In this document: positions 1-10,341 of the stretch, piece by piece
How positions within the stretch are numbered: position 1 is the first letter of the stretch
Layout of the letters: each line of letters starts with the position of its first letter
DNA from: Nitrospirota bacterium
GTDB taxonomy: Bacteria; Nitrospirota; JACRHJ01
Assembly: GCA_963845245.1 (NCBI GenBank)
Contig: CAWJRJ010000019.1
Coordinates: 1,305 to 65,304, forward strand
Length of the DNA stretch: 64,000 nt
Direction of reading: 5' to 3'
Program-made: the position numbers and the translations under genes
Notes under the pieces: generated by a model
What the model was told of the DNA's origin: nothing
The model's input: the letters and a program-made list of their open reading frames with translations, nothing else
Database searches by the model: none

Positions 1-468
1 GGACGGCCTGTGCACCAGCACGCGGGCGATGTCGAGCCTCCGCCTCATGCCGCCGGAGTAAGTCGCGACCAGGTCGTCCGCCTTCTTCGTCAGGTTCACC
101 CGTTCAAGCAACTCTTCGATCCTCTTCAGGCGTGTCTTGCGCGGCACCTCGTAGAACTTGCCGTAGATGTCCATGTTCTCCCTGGCCGTCAGGTCCAGGT
201 CGGAGGACATCGCCTGAGGCACGACGCCGATCGAGCGGCGCACCATGACCGGGTCTTTTATAATGTCGTACCCTCCTACCTTTGCAGTGCCACCGGAAGG
301 CTTAAGCACAGTCGTCAACATCCTGATGAGCGTACTCTTGCCCGCGCCGTTCGGCCCGAGGAAGCCGAAGAACTCGCCCTTCCCCACCTCGATACTCACG
401 CCGTTTACGGCGTTAAGCTCGCCAAAGGTCTTTTTTATATCCTGCGTTGTGACTGCGTAATCCGGCAT
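1..468 (-). CDS. ABC transporter ATP-binding protein (DrrA/YbhF-like), runs off window start
   Basis: Manual minus-strand translation from ATG at 468: MPDYAVTTQDIKKTFGELNAV...GPNGAGKST (Walker A)...YSGGMRRRL (ABC signature); start overlaps the racemase stop (TAATG). Confidence 0.92.
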   Translation of the reverse strand, partial: MPDYAVTTQDIKKTFGELNAVNGVSIEVGKGEFFGFLGPNGAGKSTLIRMLTTVLKPSGGTAKVGGYDIIKDPVMVRRSIGVVPQAMSSDLDLTARENMDIYGKFYEVPRKTRLKRIEELLERVNLTKKADDLVATYSGGMRRRLDIARVLVHRPS

Positions 469-1160
469 TATCCCCTGCATTCCCTGACTATAGCATCCAC
501 ATGTATCTGCGTGGTATCTAGTACCGGCACCCCGTATTCGGGCTTGTCCAGTATCAGCGGCAGTTCGGTGCAGCCGAGTATTATCGAGTCAATCCCGTTC
601 TTCTTAACCATCCTGCCGATTATGTCTATCAGCTCCTGTCTCGTGGAGTCCTTGATTATCCCAAGCTCGATCTCGGTGAACAGCCGCTTGTGGATGAGGT
701 CTATGTCCGCCTCGTCCGGCACGGCAAGCGGAAAGCCTTCGCGCGAGAATACTTTCTGGTAGAAGTCCGCGCGCATAGTAAAGCCTGTACCCAGAAGCCC
801 CGGATTCACAAACCCCCTCGCCTTCGCCCTACGGCTGGTCTCATCCAATATGCTGATGAGCGGTAATGGCGAGCGTTCCTGCACCTCGTCGAACACTACA
901 TGCGGCGTATTCGATGCTATAGCCGCGAACTCCGCGCCCGCGCGTTCTAATGCCTCCACCTTATCAACCAGCCAGTCCACAAGACCGCCCTGCTGGCCTG
1001 GTTCGAACATCGTCATAAGCTCGCCCATGTTCGCGCTGTAGAGTATTATCTCCGGGTAATTCAGTCCGCCGCCGTTATTCTTGAAGGCGTCGATTATACC
1101 CTTGTAGTATATGATAGTCGATTCGGGACCAAGCCCGGCGACCAGGCCTATCTTCTTCAT
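468..1160 (-). CDS. Aspartate/glutamate racemase family protein
   Basis: MKKIGLVAGLGPESTIIYY N-terminus, ASNTPH and ILGCTELP motifs. Confidence 0.9.
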   Translation of the reverse strand: MKKIGLVAGLGPESTIIYYKGIIDAFKNNGGGLNYPEIILYSANMGELMTMFEPGQQGGLVDWLVDKVEALERAGAEFAAIASNTPHVVFDEVQERSPLPLISILDETSRRAKARGFVNPGLLGTGFTMRADFYQKVFSREGFPLAVPDEADIDLIHKRLFTEIELGIIKDSTRQELIDIIGRMVKKNGIDSIILGCTELPLILDKPEYGVPVLDTTQIHVDAIVRECRG

Positions 1161-1161
1161 C

Positions 1162-1671
1162 TCAGCTCCATATATAATAGCCTTCTTCGGTCGGCATTAA
1201 CCCCGTGTAAGGGTAACGCGCTGGAAGGTGGTCATTCTGCAAAACTTTACATGTGATTTCCCCTAATGGGAAAACAAATTTTCTTATCGAGCATGCCGGA
1301 CACCAGCCATCCAACAGGTGAAGTTCGACATCTACAATATTGATTTTATTTCGCCTGTACGTAATCCGTAGGCAGCCGTCCTTTGACAGAAGCATCCTGA
1401 AAAATCCGAATAGGTCCCTGCAAACATCTTCCCGGGTCCACTCACCCATAGGCTCCCAGGCGACATCGTTATAGAGCCCGGCCACTGGGTATACACCCCA
1501 AGTTTCACAGACCGCCGATATATCGAACCCGTCTTCGTTTCTTTTCGGTATAAATAGCGTTATCCTATTTCTGGCCTTATCGATGTCGAAGCTGGCTCGC
1601 AGTTCCGGGTGCATGAGGACGGTCTTTTGCGCATAAGCCTCAAAAATTCTTAGAAGTTCCAGATCTGGCAT
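1162..1671 (-). CDS. Hypothetical protein, paralogue of 2130..2696
   Basis: 169 aa ORF in operon; aligns by eye with 2130..2696 (RITL..PK...GFDI..VCE...YP.AG.Y..V.WE...LRITYR...QND.LP.R.PY). Confidence 0.75.
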   Translation of the reverse strand: MPDLELLRIFEAYAQKTVLMHPELRASFDIDKARNRITLFIPKRNEDGFDISAVCETWGVYPVAGLYNDVAWEPMGEWTREDVCRDLFGFFRMLLSKDGCLRITYRRNKINIVDVELHLLDGWCPACSIRKFVFPLGEITCKVLQNDHLPARYPYTGLMPTEEGYYIWS

Positions 1672-1738
1672 CGACCCCTCTAATTAAAAAAGCAATATAG
1701 TTAACCGAGAATGTATCTGTTGGTCACAGCTATCTTCT

Positions 1739-2074
1739 TCATTCGTCCTCCGGCAGGGTCAATACTTCGTCCCCTTCCGGGTACTCGTATTTCCCTGTAT
1801 CGGGGTTGAAGGTGTAGAGATAGTAATTGTCCAGCGTCTTGCCGTTTATATCGGTTACGAACCCGTTCGGCGACCTGTCGAATACGTAGGCAGTGTCGCC
1901 GGTGATGAATGTAATCCGCCCTTTGCCGTCATTTTCATATTGGATATAACCGCTCAGGCCTTTATCGCTCCAATAGACTGTGCCCTTGTCGCCTTTCAAC
2001 TTTATAGTAATTGCCGCTGACGCGGCTGACGCGGTTAAAAGGACTGCCAACAATGCAGCAATAAACATTCTCAT
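1739..2074 (-). CDS. Secreted hypothetical protein
   Basis: Likely start MRMFIAALLAVLLTASAASA at 2074, a Sec signal peptide with AxA site; beta-rich mature part. Confidence 0.7.
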   Translation of the reverse strand: MRMFIAALLAVLLTASAASAAITIKLKGDKGTVYWSDKGLSGYIQYENDGKGRITFITGDTAYVFDRSPNGFVTDINGKTLDNYYLYTFNPDTGKYEYPEGDEVLTLPEDE

Positions 2075-2129
2075 GGCAACACCCCTTTGCTTCCCTTCAC
2101 CATTTACCTCCCCTCGCCCTACGTGGCAT

Positions 2130-2696
2130 CTACAAATTCCCCTCCCCACCTGCGGGGGAGGGCAGGGTGGGGGGGATATTGGGTGAGGGCTCCTCCCAAT
2201 AGTATATCGCCTCGTCAGCGGCCCTCATTCCTTTGTATGGATGGCGGCCCGGCAGCACGTCGTTCTGGAACACCCGCCATGCCGTTTTTCCGATGGGCAG
2301 GACCACTCTTTTGTTAACACCGAACGTCCTCCAGCCCTCCCTGTGCAGAAGTTCTAGCTGGGCGCTGCATATCGAGTTATGCCGGTAGGTGATCCGCAGT
2401 TGCGCGTCTGTTGACAGCATCATCCTGACCAGCCCGAACGCCTCCATGCATATTTCTTCACAGGTCTTGTCGTCGCCCGCCTCCCACACTCCGTCGTAAT
2501 ACGCACCGGCGAACGGGTAGATCCGTTTCTTCTCGCAGACCAGCTTTATGTCGAAGCCGCTGTCGTGTTTCTTGGGAACGACGAGGGTAATCCTGCTCCC
2601 GGAACTGTTGCGTTCCATCGTCGCCCGGAGGCGCGGTCGCGCAAGCACCGTCCTTTTGGCATGGTCCTCAAAAAGCCCAAGAAGCGAATCCGGCAT
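2130..2696 (-). CDS. Hypothetical protein, paralogue of 1162..1671 with repeat-derived C-terminal tail
   Basis: 188 aa ORF with similarity to 1162..1671 along its length. Confidence 0.75.
   Translation of the reverse strand: MPDSLLGLFEDHAKRTVLARPRLRATMERNSSGSRITLVVPKKHDSGFDIKLVCEKKRIYPFAGAYYDGVWEAGDDKTCEEICMEAFGLVRMMLSTDAQLRITYRHNSICSAQLELLHREGWRTFGVNKRVVLPIGKTAWRVFQNDVLPGRHPYKGMRAADEAIYYWEEPSPNIPPTLPSPAGGEGNL
2139..2175. repeat. GC-rich palindromic repeat (CCCTCCCC-N-GGGGAGGG..GGGTGGGG type), inside 3' end of CDS 2130..2696
   Basis: CCCCTCCCCACCTGCGGGGGAGGGCAGGGTGGGGGGG; related copy at 24319..24357. Confidence 0.7.
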
Positions 2697-2778
2697 AACG
2701 TTTATCTCACTCTTGATTTTTTTCTGTTAAGTCCTTCCGGCTCAGGCAGTTCAGCCTCGGCCATTACTTAATATCTCT

Positions 2779-3033
2779 CTACTTCATCACCAATTTCAGT
2801 ACAAAGAATATCGCCGCCAGTGCGGCAATCCATCTTATGTACCGCATGACGAAAAGAAGGAACGAGTCCCCGTACCACACCGACAACCCCGCCACAACAA
2901 ACGCGGCGGTAACGCCTGCCGCCATCGGGACGTCCCAGAACAGCACCCACGAGCCGCCTATCATGGCCCCGATGCCGAATCCGATGACGAACCGCATGAT
3001 CAGGACCGCAAAATCTACCTTCTCGTCGTGCAA
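2779..3033 (-). CDS. Small membrane protein
   Basis: 84 aa, about three hydrophobic segments, GGAG RBS upstream of TTG start. Confidence 0.65.
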   Translation of the reverse strand: MHDEKVDFAVLIMRFVIGFGIGAMIGGSWVLFWDVPMAAGVTAAFVVAGLSVWYGDSFLLFVMRYIRWIAALAAIFFVLKLVMK

Positions 3034-3072
3034 AATTACTCCTCCGTATTCTCACCCGCAGGCGTCTATCCT

Positions 3073-3777
3073 TTATTTACTTGCGGCAGCCTTGGCCGCA
3101 TCCTCCGCCTTCTTCTTTATCCCCAGCAGTATCGCCTTCTCGGCCATGGTGTATGCAGGGACTGCAATGTATCGCGTCACGGGGTTTACGTATACGTTCC
3201 TGCCGTATGTATTTCTTGACCGCAGGATAAGCCGCGAGAACCCGTCCTGCTTCTCCTCAATGGAGAGTGCAAGGCTCATTGCGAAATACTTCTCTGGCAT
3301 CGGGCCGCCGTACGGCACGCCTTTCCCGGTTGCCTTGTCCGTGGCACCGAAAAGCACGAGCAGACGGTGAGCATCCACTTCGTTAATGTAAACATCCATG
3401 CCCTGGCTCAATGTGACCTTGTCGCCCGGCTTGAACTCCGGCCCACCTTCTGAAGCCGTCTCGTCTTCCTCTGCTGCAAACGGGGAGCGGATATATACCT
3501 TGCCGCCGACAGGGTCACGGACGTAGGCCGACTTTGCGAAGTTGAAGTCTCCTCGCCCAGCCCGCTCGATCCACGGCCAGATGACGGAAGGCGGCGCTTT
3601 AACGGTTACCGCACGCGTGCGGGAGTAGTCGGGCCTTGGCATGAGAGAGTCGCCCGGCATCGGACGCCTTGATTCTTCGTCCGTCGCGCGGGTGTTCCCT
3701 TGCTGCCTTGCGCCGATGACGACCGCAACCAAAAATATCAGAAAGAAAATAAACGGTGCCGCATGGAATACGTTCAT
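3073..3777 (-). CDS. Membrane-anchored SRPBCC-like hypothetical protein
   Basis: N-terminal TM, then ATDEESRRPMPGD...TRAVTVKAPPSVIWPWI, typical of an SRPBCC-like family. Confidence 0.7.
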   Translation of the reverse strand: MNVFHAAPFIFFLIFLVAVVIGARQQGNTRATDEESRRPMPGDSLMPRPDYSRTRAVTVKAPPSVIWPWIERAGRGDFNFAKSAYVRDPVGGKVYIRSPFAAEEDETASEGGPEFKPGDKVTLSQGMDVYINEVDAHRLLVLFGATDKATGKGVPYGGPMPEKYFAMSLALSIEEKQDGFSRLILRSRNTYGRNVYVNPVTRYIAVPAYTMAEKAILLGIKKKAEDAAKAAASK

Positions 3778-4825
3778 TCACCTCTCCGGTATCTCCACCA
3801 GCACGCTCATGCCTGGCTTCAGTATCCCCTCCGGGTCGTCCACCTTTATCCTCGTGCGAAACGTCCGTATGTCCTGCCGCCCGCGCGTGACGTCGCGTTC
3901 CACGGCGAACTCGCCCTCACGCCCGATATCATATATGGTGCCGTTAATAACCTTGCCCGGCACCCCCTCAAGACGGATAAGCGCCTTCTGGCCGACCTTC
4001 ACGATATCGACGTACCTCTGCTCCAGGTCGAAACGCACCCATATGGACTTGGGGTCGATCAGCGTCATGATGCTGGTGCCGGGCGAGACGACCTCGCCCT
4101 CCTCGAGAGAGCGGTACTCCACCACGCCGTCCACCGGCGAGTATATATTGGCATAGCCCAGACGGGCCTTCTGTAGCTCCACGTTCTGGGTGGCGGCCCC
4201 GACCTGCGCCTTAAGGGTCGATAACATCGCCCTGCGCCTTCTTTAGCGCGGCATTGGACGCGTCCACCTGTGAACGGGAAAGCTTCAGCGCCGCGTTGGC
4301 GCTCTCAAGGTCCGCAGCCCGCGTGTCCCTGGTAGTCTCGGCGAGGTCCAGGTCGGCCTTGGCCACTATGCCCCTGTTGTAAAGCTCCTTTGAGCGCACA
4401 AGGTCCTTCTCGGACTGGGCAAGCTGGGCCTTCGCGTGGTCCACTGCCGCCTTCTGGTTCTCTACGTTCGCCAGTGCCACAGCCACCTGGGCGCGCGCAT
4501 TGGCCACCGTGTCTGTTCCGCTTATAGCGGCGGAACGGGCAGCCGATAGGTCCGCCTCGGCCTGTCTGTATGCGGCATCCAGGTCTTCGCTTTCAAGCGT
4601 GGCGAGCAGCTCCCCGGCCTTGACTGCCCCCCCCTCCCGGTACTTGACCATAACCAGCTTTCCGGCTATCTTTGGGGATATGCTATACTCGAGCGCCTCT
4701 ACCGTACCGGTCGTCTTGACCGAGGCGGGTGGACCGCCATTTTTGCTGTACAGGTAAAAATATATAACTGCCGCCAGGGCGGCGATTACGGATAAGGCGA
4801 CTGCTTTCTTTGTCATGGGGCTCAT
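3778..4825 (-). CDS. HlyD-family efflux periplasmic adaptor (frameshift near 4215-4225)
   Basis: Two ORFs (4211..4825, 3778..4227) form one HlyD: ISPKIAGKL..., coiled coil, IYSPVDGVV..., LKPGMSV. Confidence 0.88.
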
Positions 4826-4918
4826 TTTATTTCCTTTATTAATATTCTGAGGATAACTTTATTACAATCGGTGCCGGGTGTCAACAGCGATAAACCCTAA
4901 CCGCATAAAAGAAATCTG

Positions 4919-4947
4919 TTGACAAAAAAGGCTTATGCCATTATCTT
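4919..4947 (+). promoter_or_regulatory. Putative sigma70 promoter
   Basis: TTGACA-17 nt-TATCTT. Confidence 0.55.
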
Positions 4948-4954
4948 TTAGCGG

Positions 4955-5275
4955 ATGAACGACGCCACCCCAACAAGACGGACAGAGGCACGTATATACT
5001 ATTATATACCGGCGACCCTGATACTGTCCCTGCTTTTTGCGTGTGGCAAACCGGCCGAGACGGCGCCCCTGAAGCTAGCGCCAGTTAAGGTGGAGCAGGG
5101 CGAGGCCCCCGCGGCGGAACTGCTGAAAAAAGAGGATTCCGAGAAGATAAAGGTCAAAAGGGATAAAGACGGCTCCTACTCATGGGAGATATCCGGCAAG
5201 GAAGTCAAGGGAATCGTGGAAGCAGACAGGGCGCTTAGAAGGCGCCTTGTACAGGAAGACGAAAAGGAAAAGTAA
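4955..5275 (+). CDS. Putative lipoprotein
   Basis: Hydrophobic stretch ending in LLFAC lipobox; 106 aa. Confidence 0.65.
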   Translation: MNDATPTRRTEARIYYYIPATLILSLLFACGKPAETAPLKLAPVKVEQGEAPAAELLKKEDSEKIKVKRDKDGSYSWEISGKEVKGIVEADRALRRRLVQEDEKEK

Positions 5276-6319
5276 TTGGACTACATGCATCCGGGTTATA
5301 TCGACATCATTAAAAGCGGCATAAGGATAGCCAACCGCAACCTCTCCGTGCTCCTGACCCAGTTCATAGCCGGCATGGCCATGCTGGTTATTTTCTTCAT
5401 TTTCCTGTTCATACTGGCGTTCGTGGCCGTCGGCTCGATCCCGTCGCTCACGCTCGAGTCGCTATCGCCCGATACTTTGACCGACATCGTGCAGACCTCC
5501 ATCGCCCTGGTCTCGCTGGGCGTATTCTTTTTCTTCTCCTTGCTGCTGATAGTCGCGCTCGTTACCGCATTCGTGCACTCGGGTAACCTCGCCTGCTTGA
5601 TAGACACCGCAAAAGGGAAGGCTCACGGTTTCAACGCTGCCACATTCTTCGACAAGGGCCGCAGGTTCATGGCATCCATGCTGGGGCTTTATATAATATG
5701 GGGCCTGTTCGCGGCGGGATGCTTCCTTGTTTTCTTTGCCGTTGCCGGCGTTGGGTTCGAGGGGATACTCATCCCGCTCAAGGATGCCGGCAAGTCCCTA
5801 CTGGCGTTCATACTGGGTGTGCCATTCATAATAGTCCTGATACTCTCCTCCATGCTGTTCCTGTTCTTTATATACGCCGGGTGGGCGCTATCCGGAATAA
5901 TCCTCATAACCGAGGAGAAGCACTCGTTCTCATCGCTCTCCGGGGCATACGAGTTCATAAAGAGGCATTTCTGGGACTCGCTGCTCTTCGCCCTGTTGAT
6001 GTTCATACTGATATTCGTCGCAAACATCATTAGCAACTCGTTCTTCGGCTTTATAAATGTCGGTCTGACCAAAGGCCCCACCGCGCTTGCGTTCATGCTC
6101 CTGCCGCTCATGCTCATCGCCATCATACTCCAGATGTACATAGGCCTGATCGCCCGTTCAAGCTTCGTGGCCTATTACGTATCACGTACCGCCCCCCTGC
6201 CAGTTCCTCCAACGGCCCCACCTCTAGACGATACGCCCTCACCTGATGCAGAGTTCATAATCGAGACCGAGACGCCCGCTCCTGCGCCGGACGACGAGGG
6301 GCGCACCCCAGAGGCCTAG
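5276..6319 (+). CDS. Polytopic membrane protein with Pro/acidic C-terminal tail
   Basis: 347 aa with about six TM segments; abuts the upstream gene. Confidence 0.75.
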   Translation: MDYMHPGYIDIIKSGIRIANRNLSVLLTQFIAGMAMLVIFFIFLFILAFVAVGSIPSLTLESLSPDTLTDIVQTSIALVSLGVFFFFSLLLIVALVTAFVHSGNLACLIDTAKGKAHGFNAATFFDKGRRFMASMLGLYIIWGLFAAGCFLVFFAVAGVGFEGILIPLKDAGKSLLAFILGVPFIIVLILSSMLFLFFIYAGWALSGIILITEEKHSFSSLSGAYEFIKRHFWDSLLFALLMFILIFVANIISNSFFGFINVGLTKGPTALAFMLLPLMLIAIILQMYIGLIARSSFVAYYVSRTAPLPVPPTAPPLDDTPSPDAEFIIETETPAPAPDDEGRTPEA

Positions 6320-6399
6320 AAACTCCCTGGCTCTTGACTTATACCTCCCCAAAAGAGTAAAATTGGGATAGCGTAATACTTTAACCATGAGGTGAAGTC

Positions 6400-7039
6400 A
6401 TGAAGAGCAGGGTTATGGCATTTGCAGCGGCAATAATCATAATTGTCGGTGCGTCGGGATGCGCCAGCCGAGCGTGAGGCCCAATACACAACCACCGGCG
6501 CGGGGATAGGCGCGGTCACCGGGGCTATGCTCGGCGCCGCCTTGGGCAGCCTGTCCGGCCATGCAGGACAAGGCGCGGTAGTCGGGAGCGTGTTCGGCGG
6601 ACTTGCAGGCGCGTCAATAGGCAACAACGAGTACCATCAGCAGAGGACCGAGGAGGCTGCAGCGCAGTATTACGACTACAACCAGCAGCACGCGGTACGA
6701 GACCTGCTTCGCATAGAAGACGTATCGGTGAACCCTCCGCAGGCGAACCCCGGTGACGAGGTCACGTTGAGCGCGACCTTTACCATCCTGGCTCCTTCAG
6801 GGAGGCCGCAGTTAGTGCACGAGGTGCGTGAGGTGCGCCACAACGGCAAGCTAATCGGCAGACCGCAGTTCACCTCCAGACGGGAGGGCGGCACATGGGC
6901 CAGTTCCATGCCGCTCAAGCTTCCGCTGGATGCGGAACCAGGTACATATACCGTAACTACAATAGTGGAGACAGACAACGCCGGTGATACCCGCGATACA
7001 GACTTCAGGGTTCTGAGCGGCAGCCAGTGGCGCAGGTAA
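6400..7039 (+). CDS. Glycine-zipper lipoprotein with C-terminal Ig-like domain (frameshift near 6470)
   Basis: ATG at 6400 after GAGG RBS gives MKSRVMAFAAAIIIIVGASGC (lipobox); continues in the frame of ORF 6443..7039 (TGAGIGAVTGAMLGA). Confidence 0.75.
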
Positions 7040-7064
7040 TTCAAAATCCATATCAACATTTATC

Positions 7065-7093
7065 AAGCGGGGCTTTTCGCCCCGCTTTTCTTT
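7065..7093 (+). terminator. Intrinsic terminator
   Basis: AAGCGGGGC-ttttc-GCCCCGCTT followed by a T-rich tract. Confidence 0.75.
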
Positions 7094-7201
7094 TGCCCTC
7101 ATGCCTGATTCCAGAAAAAGTTGATTGCCGGACCCATTGGTGGTATTATTGCTGTTCGTGTTTACAGTTACAGCTATAAATAAATGAAATAAGGAAGAAA
7201 A

Positions 7202-9570
7202 ATGTCCAAAAGAAAGATTTCCCTGCCTTCCAATGTGCACTCCCTCTTAAGGACCAAGCTGATGATAATCATCATCGTCAGCATTATCGCGATAACCGCG
7301 GGGGCGAGCTTCGCCATAATCACCGGCGTCTCCAAGGACCTGCCCCAGATATCCATCGCTCAAGAACTACAAGCCACCGACCGGCACCCAGATATTTTCT
7401 GAGGACGACCACGTAATCGGCAGGATCAAGGTGGACAAGGGAATATTCGTGCCGCTTTCCAATATCCCCGTGAGCCTCAGAAACGCGGTAGTCGCCGTCG
7501 AGGACGCGCGTTTCTACGAGCATAAGGGCATAGACTACCAGGGTATCGCACGCGCCCTGTTGAAGGACGTGATGAGCGCAAGTTTCAAGGAGGGCGGCAG
7601 CACCATAACCCAGCAGCTGACCAAGGTGCTTTTCCTGACTCCGGAGAAGAGCCTGAGCCGCAAGGTGAAAGAGGTAATTCTTGCCAAACGTATTGAACAG
7701 AACCTGACATAAGAACGAGATACTCGAACTTTACCTGAACAAGATTTACTTCGGACACGGCGCCTACGGGGTGGAAATGGCCGCCAGGACATACTTCGGG
7801 AAACGCGTCGGCGACCTTACCCTTGCCGAGTGCGCAATGATAGCAGGGCTTATACGTTCGCCGATGGGCTATTCCCCATACAACAACATGGAAAGCGCGA
7901 AGAACCGCGAGGCTACGGTCCTCACCCGCATGGTGGACGAAAAGTTCATAACTGAAGGACAGAAGGCCACCGCACAGGCACAGACCATAGTCCTGAAGAA
8001 CCTTCGGGAGCGCGAGGAAGTTGCCCCGCACCTGGTCGAGCAGATACGCATATATCTTGAACAGAAGTACGGCGCGGAAAAGGTGTACGTCGAAGGACTG
8101 AACGTAAAAACCACCATAAACTATCAGATCCAGCAGGCGGCCCAACGCGCTGTCGAAGACGGCGTGCGCGCGCTCGACAAAAGGCAGGGTTTCAGGGGCC
8201 CGATAGCCAAAAAGACACCCGCCGAACTCGAAAAGCTGAGGGACGACCCGCCAGCCTCGGAAAACACATATAAATCAGGCGAGATTGTAAACGGCACAGT
8301 CCTGAAAGTGGACGCCAAGGGCGCGTTCATATCCGCAAGGGGCGCGAAGGGATACCTCGCATATGCCGACATGAAATGGGCTGCCACTGGCAAGGACGCG
8401 GCCAAAAAGACCGCGAAAGACATCCTCAAACCCGGGGACATGGTCGAGCTTAAGTCAAAGGGCTACGACAAAAAAGCCAGGCTGGTCTCGTTTGCACTGG
8501 AGCAGGAGCCGCTGTCGCAGGCTGCTCTTGTTGCGATGGACCCCTGGGAGGGCAAGGTCAAGGCAATGGTTGGCGGGGCTGATTTCCAGCGCAACGAGTT
8601 CAACCATGCCGTCAACGCACACCGTCAGCCCGGTTCGTCCTTCAAGCCGTTCGTATATGCGGTGGCCATGGAGAACGGGTTCACTCCCGCAAGTATCATA
8701 GACGACAGCCCCAAAAGTTACGACAACGATTCATGGAAACCCAGGAACTACGACAACGAGTACTACGGGCCGACCAGGCTGCGCGAGGCGCTGGTGCATT
8801 CCAGGAACGTGGTCACAATAGAACTGCTGCACCGCGTAGGGGTGGACAAGGTGATCGACCTGGCAACAAAGCTTGGCATGCCGGGACCCTTTGCCAAAAA
8901 CCTCACCCTTGCTCTCGGCTCTGGCAGCGCTACCCCACAAGAGATGACGGCCGCATACTGTTCGTTTGCAAACGGCGGCTACAGTGTAAAACCCATAGTG
9001 GTAACACAGATAACCGACGCACGGGGACGACGTGCTTGAGACCAACGAGACGCATGTCGAACAGGTCTTCTCCCCCGAGACTGCCTACCAGATAACGAGC
9101 ATCCTCGAAGACGCGGTAAAAAGGGGCACCGGCCAGCTCGCCACGTCGCTTGGCCGCCCGGTCGCAGGGAAGACCGGAACCACCAACGACTATAAGGACG
9201 CATGGTTCGTGGGCTATATACCGGGCCTGGTCGCAGGGGTCTGGGTCGGCAACGACAACCAGAAGCCCCTGGGCCACGGTGAATCCGGCTCAAGGGCGGC
9301 ACTCCCCATCTGGGTGCGGTTCATGGGAGGCGCAGCGGGAAGCTACCCTGTCGGACGATTTCACCGTACCCAACGACATAGATGTCGTGACCGTGGACGC
9401 GCATGACCGGGCTACTGCCCACCGGCAAGAGCAAAGAGGTGGTCTCGGAATACTTCAAGAAGGGCTCGGAGCCACATGAATACGCATCAGCCCCAGCCAC
9501 CGACCTCAGCATCCCCGGACAGATTATGCCGATAATCAAGGATATTAAGAAGCTACAGGACGTCGATTAG
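7202..9570 (+). CDS. mrcA: Penicillin-binding protein 1A (multiple frameshifts)
   Basis: Fragments contain EDARFYEHKGID, GGSTITQQL, RKVKE (transglycosylase) and RQPGSSFKP, SRN, GKTGTTN (transpeptidase). Confidence 0.9.
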
Positions 9571-9573
9571 CAC

Positions 9574-9602
9574 AAAAGGCCCGGGAAACCGGGCCTTTTT
9601 TC
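9574..9602 (+). terminator. Intrinsic terminator
   Basis: AAAAGGCCCGG-gaaa-CCGGGCCTTTTTT. Confidence 0.8.
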
Positions 9603-9675
9603 TTGACCAAGCCCCTCTGTTATGCTAATTTTCTTAGTTCCGAGAAATCATTTTATCTGAAGGAGGCGTCTTTTT

Positions 9676-10302
9676 ATGTACATAGCACAGCCTATGCAGC
9701 ATTTTCTTGACAAATTAAGCTCAAAATCGCCGGAACCGGGCGGCGGCAGCGCGGCAGCCCTCGTTGGGGCGGAGGCGGCGGCCCTGGTGGGCATGGTCTG
9801 CTACCTTACCCTCGGCAAGGAGAAATACGCCGACGTACAGGCCGAGATGGAAGACCTCAGGGACAAGTCCGAGGCGGCAAGGGCCGACATGCAGCGGCTT
9901 CTGCAGGAGGACACCGAGGCATTCGCGGCGGCTTCCGCGGCATACAAGCTGCCCAAGGACACGGACGAGCAGAAGGATGCGCGCGCAGTTGCCATACAGG
10001 CGGGCCTGAAGAAGGCTACGGAGGTCCCGTTTGCCATAGGAGAGAAGGCGCTTGAGATTGCGAGGCTATCCCTCGTGGCCGCCGAGAAGGGCAACAAGGG
10101 CGCGGTATCCGACGCGGGTGTCGCGGTGCTTTTTGCCGAGGCGGCGCTCCAGGCGGCGGCGCTTAACGTGCGCATCAACCTCGTATCCATAAAAGACCCG
10201 GCATACGTCAACGACAAATGGGACAAGATGCAGAAGATGGTGGACGAGGCCGGAATGTTCCTTGAAAAAGTACTCACGATCACATACGACAAGATAGGCT
10301 AG
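9676..10302 (+). CDS. fchA: Methenyl-THF cyclohydrolase / formiminotransferase-cyclodeaminase C-terminal family
   Basis: FLDKLSSKSPEPGGGSAAA, GNKGAVSDAGVA and ALNVRINL motifs; directly upstream of folD. Confidence 0.88.
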   Translation: MYIAQPMQHFLDKLSSKSPEPGGGSAAALVGAEAAALVGMVCYLTLGKEKYADVQAEMEDLRDKSEAARADMQRLLQEDTEAFAAASAAYKLPKDTDEQKDARAVAIQAGLKKATEVPFAIGEKALEIARLSLVAAEKGNKGAVSDAGVAVLFAEAALQAAALNVRINLVSIKDPAYVNDKWDKMQKMVDEAGMFLEKVLTITYDKIG

Positions 10303-10341
10303 AGCATAAACACTGTTAATAACCGAAAGGAGAATTGAAAG

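Noticed and set aside
10-762. 250 aa + strand ORF
   Set aside because: Antisense shadow of the ABC ATPase and racemase genes on the minus strand.
1672-3072. Integron-like cassette array for the small inserted genes
   Set aside because: Intergenic spacers show no attC-like RYYYAAC...GTTRRRY inverted structure and no integron integrase is present.
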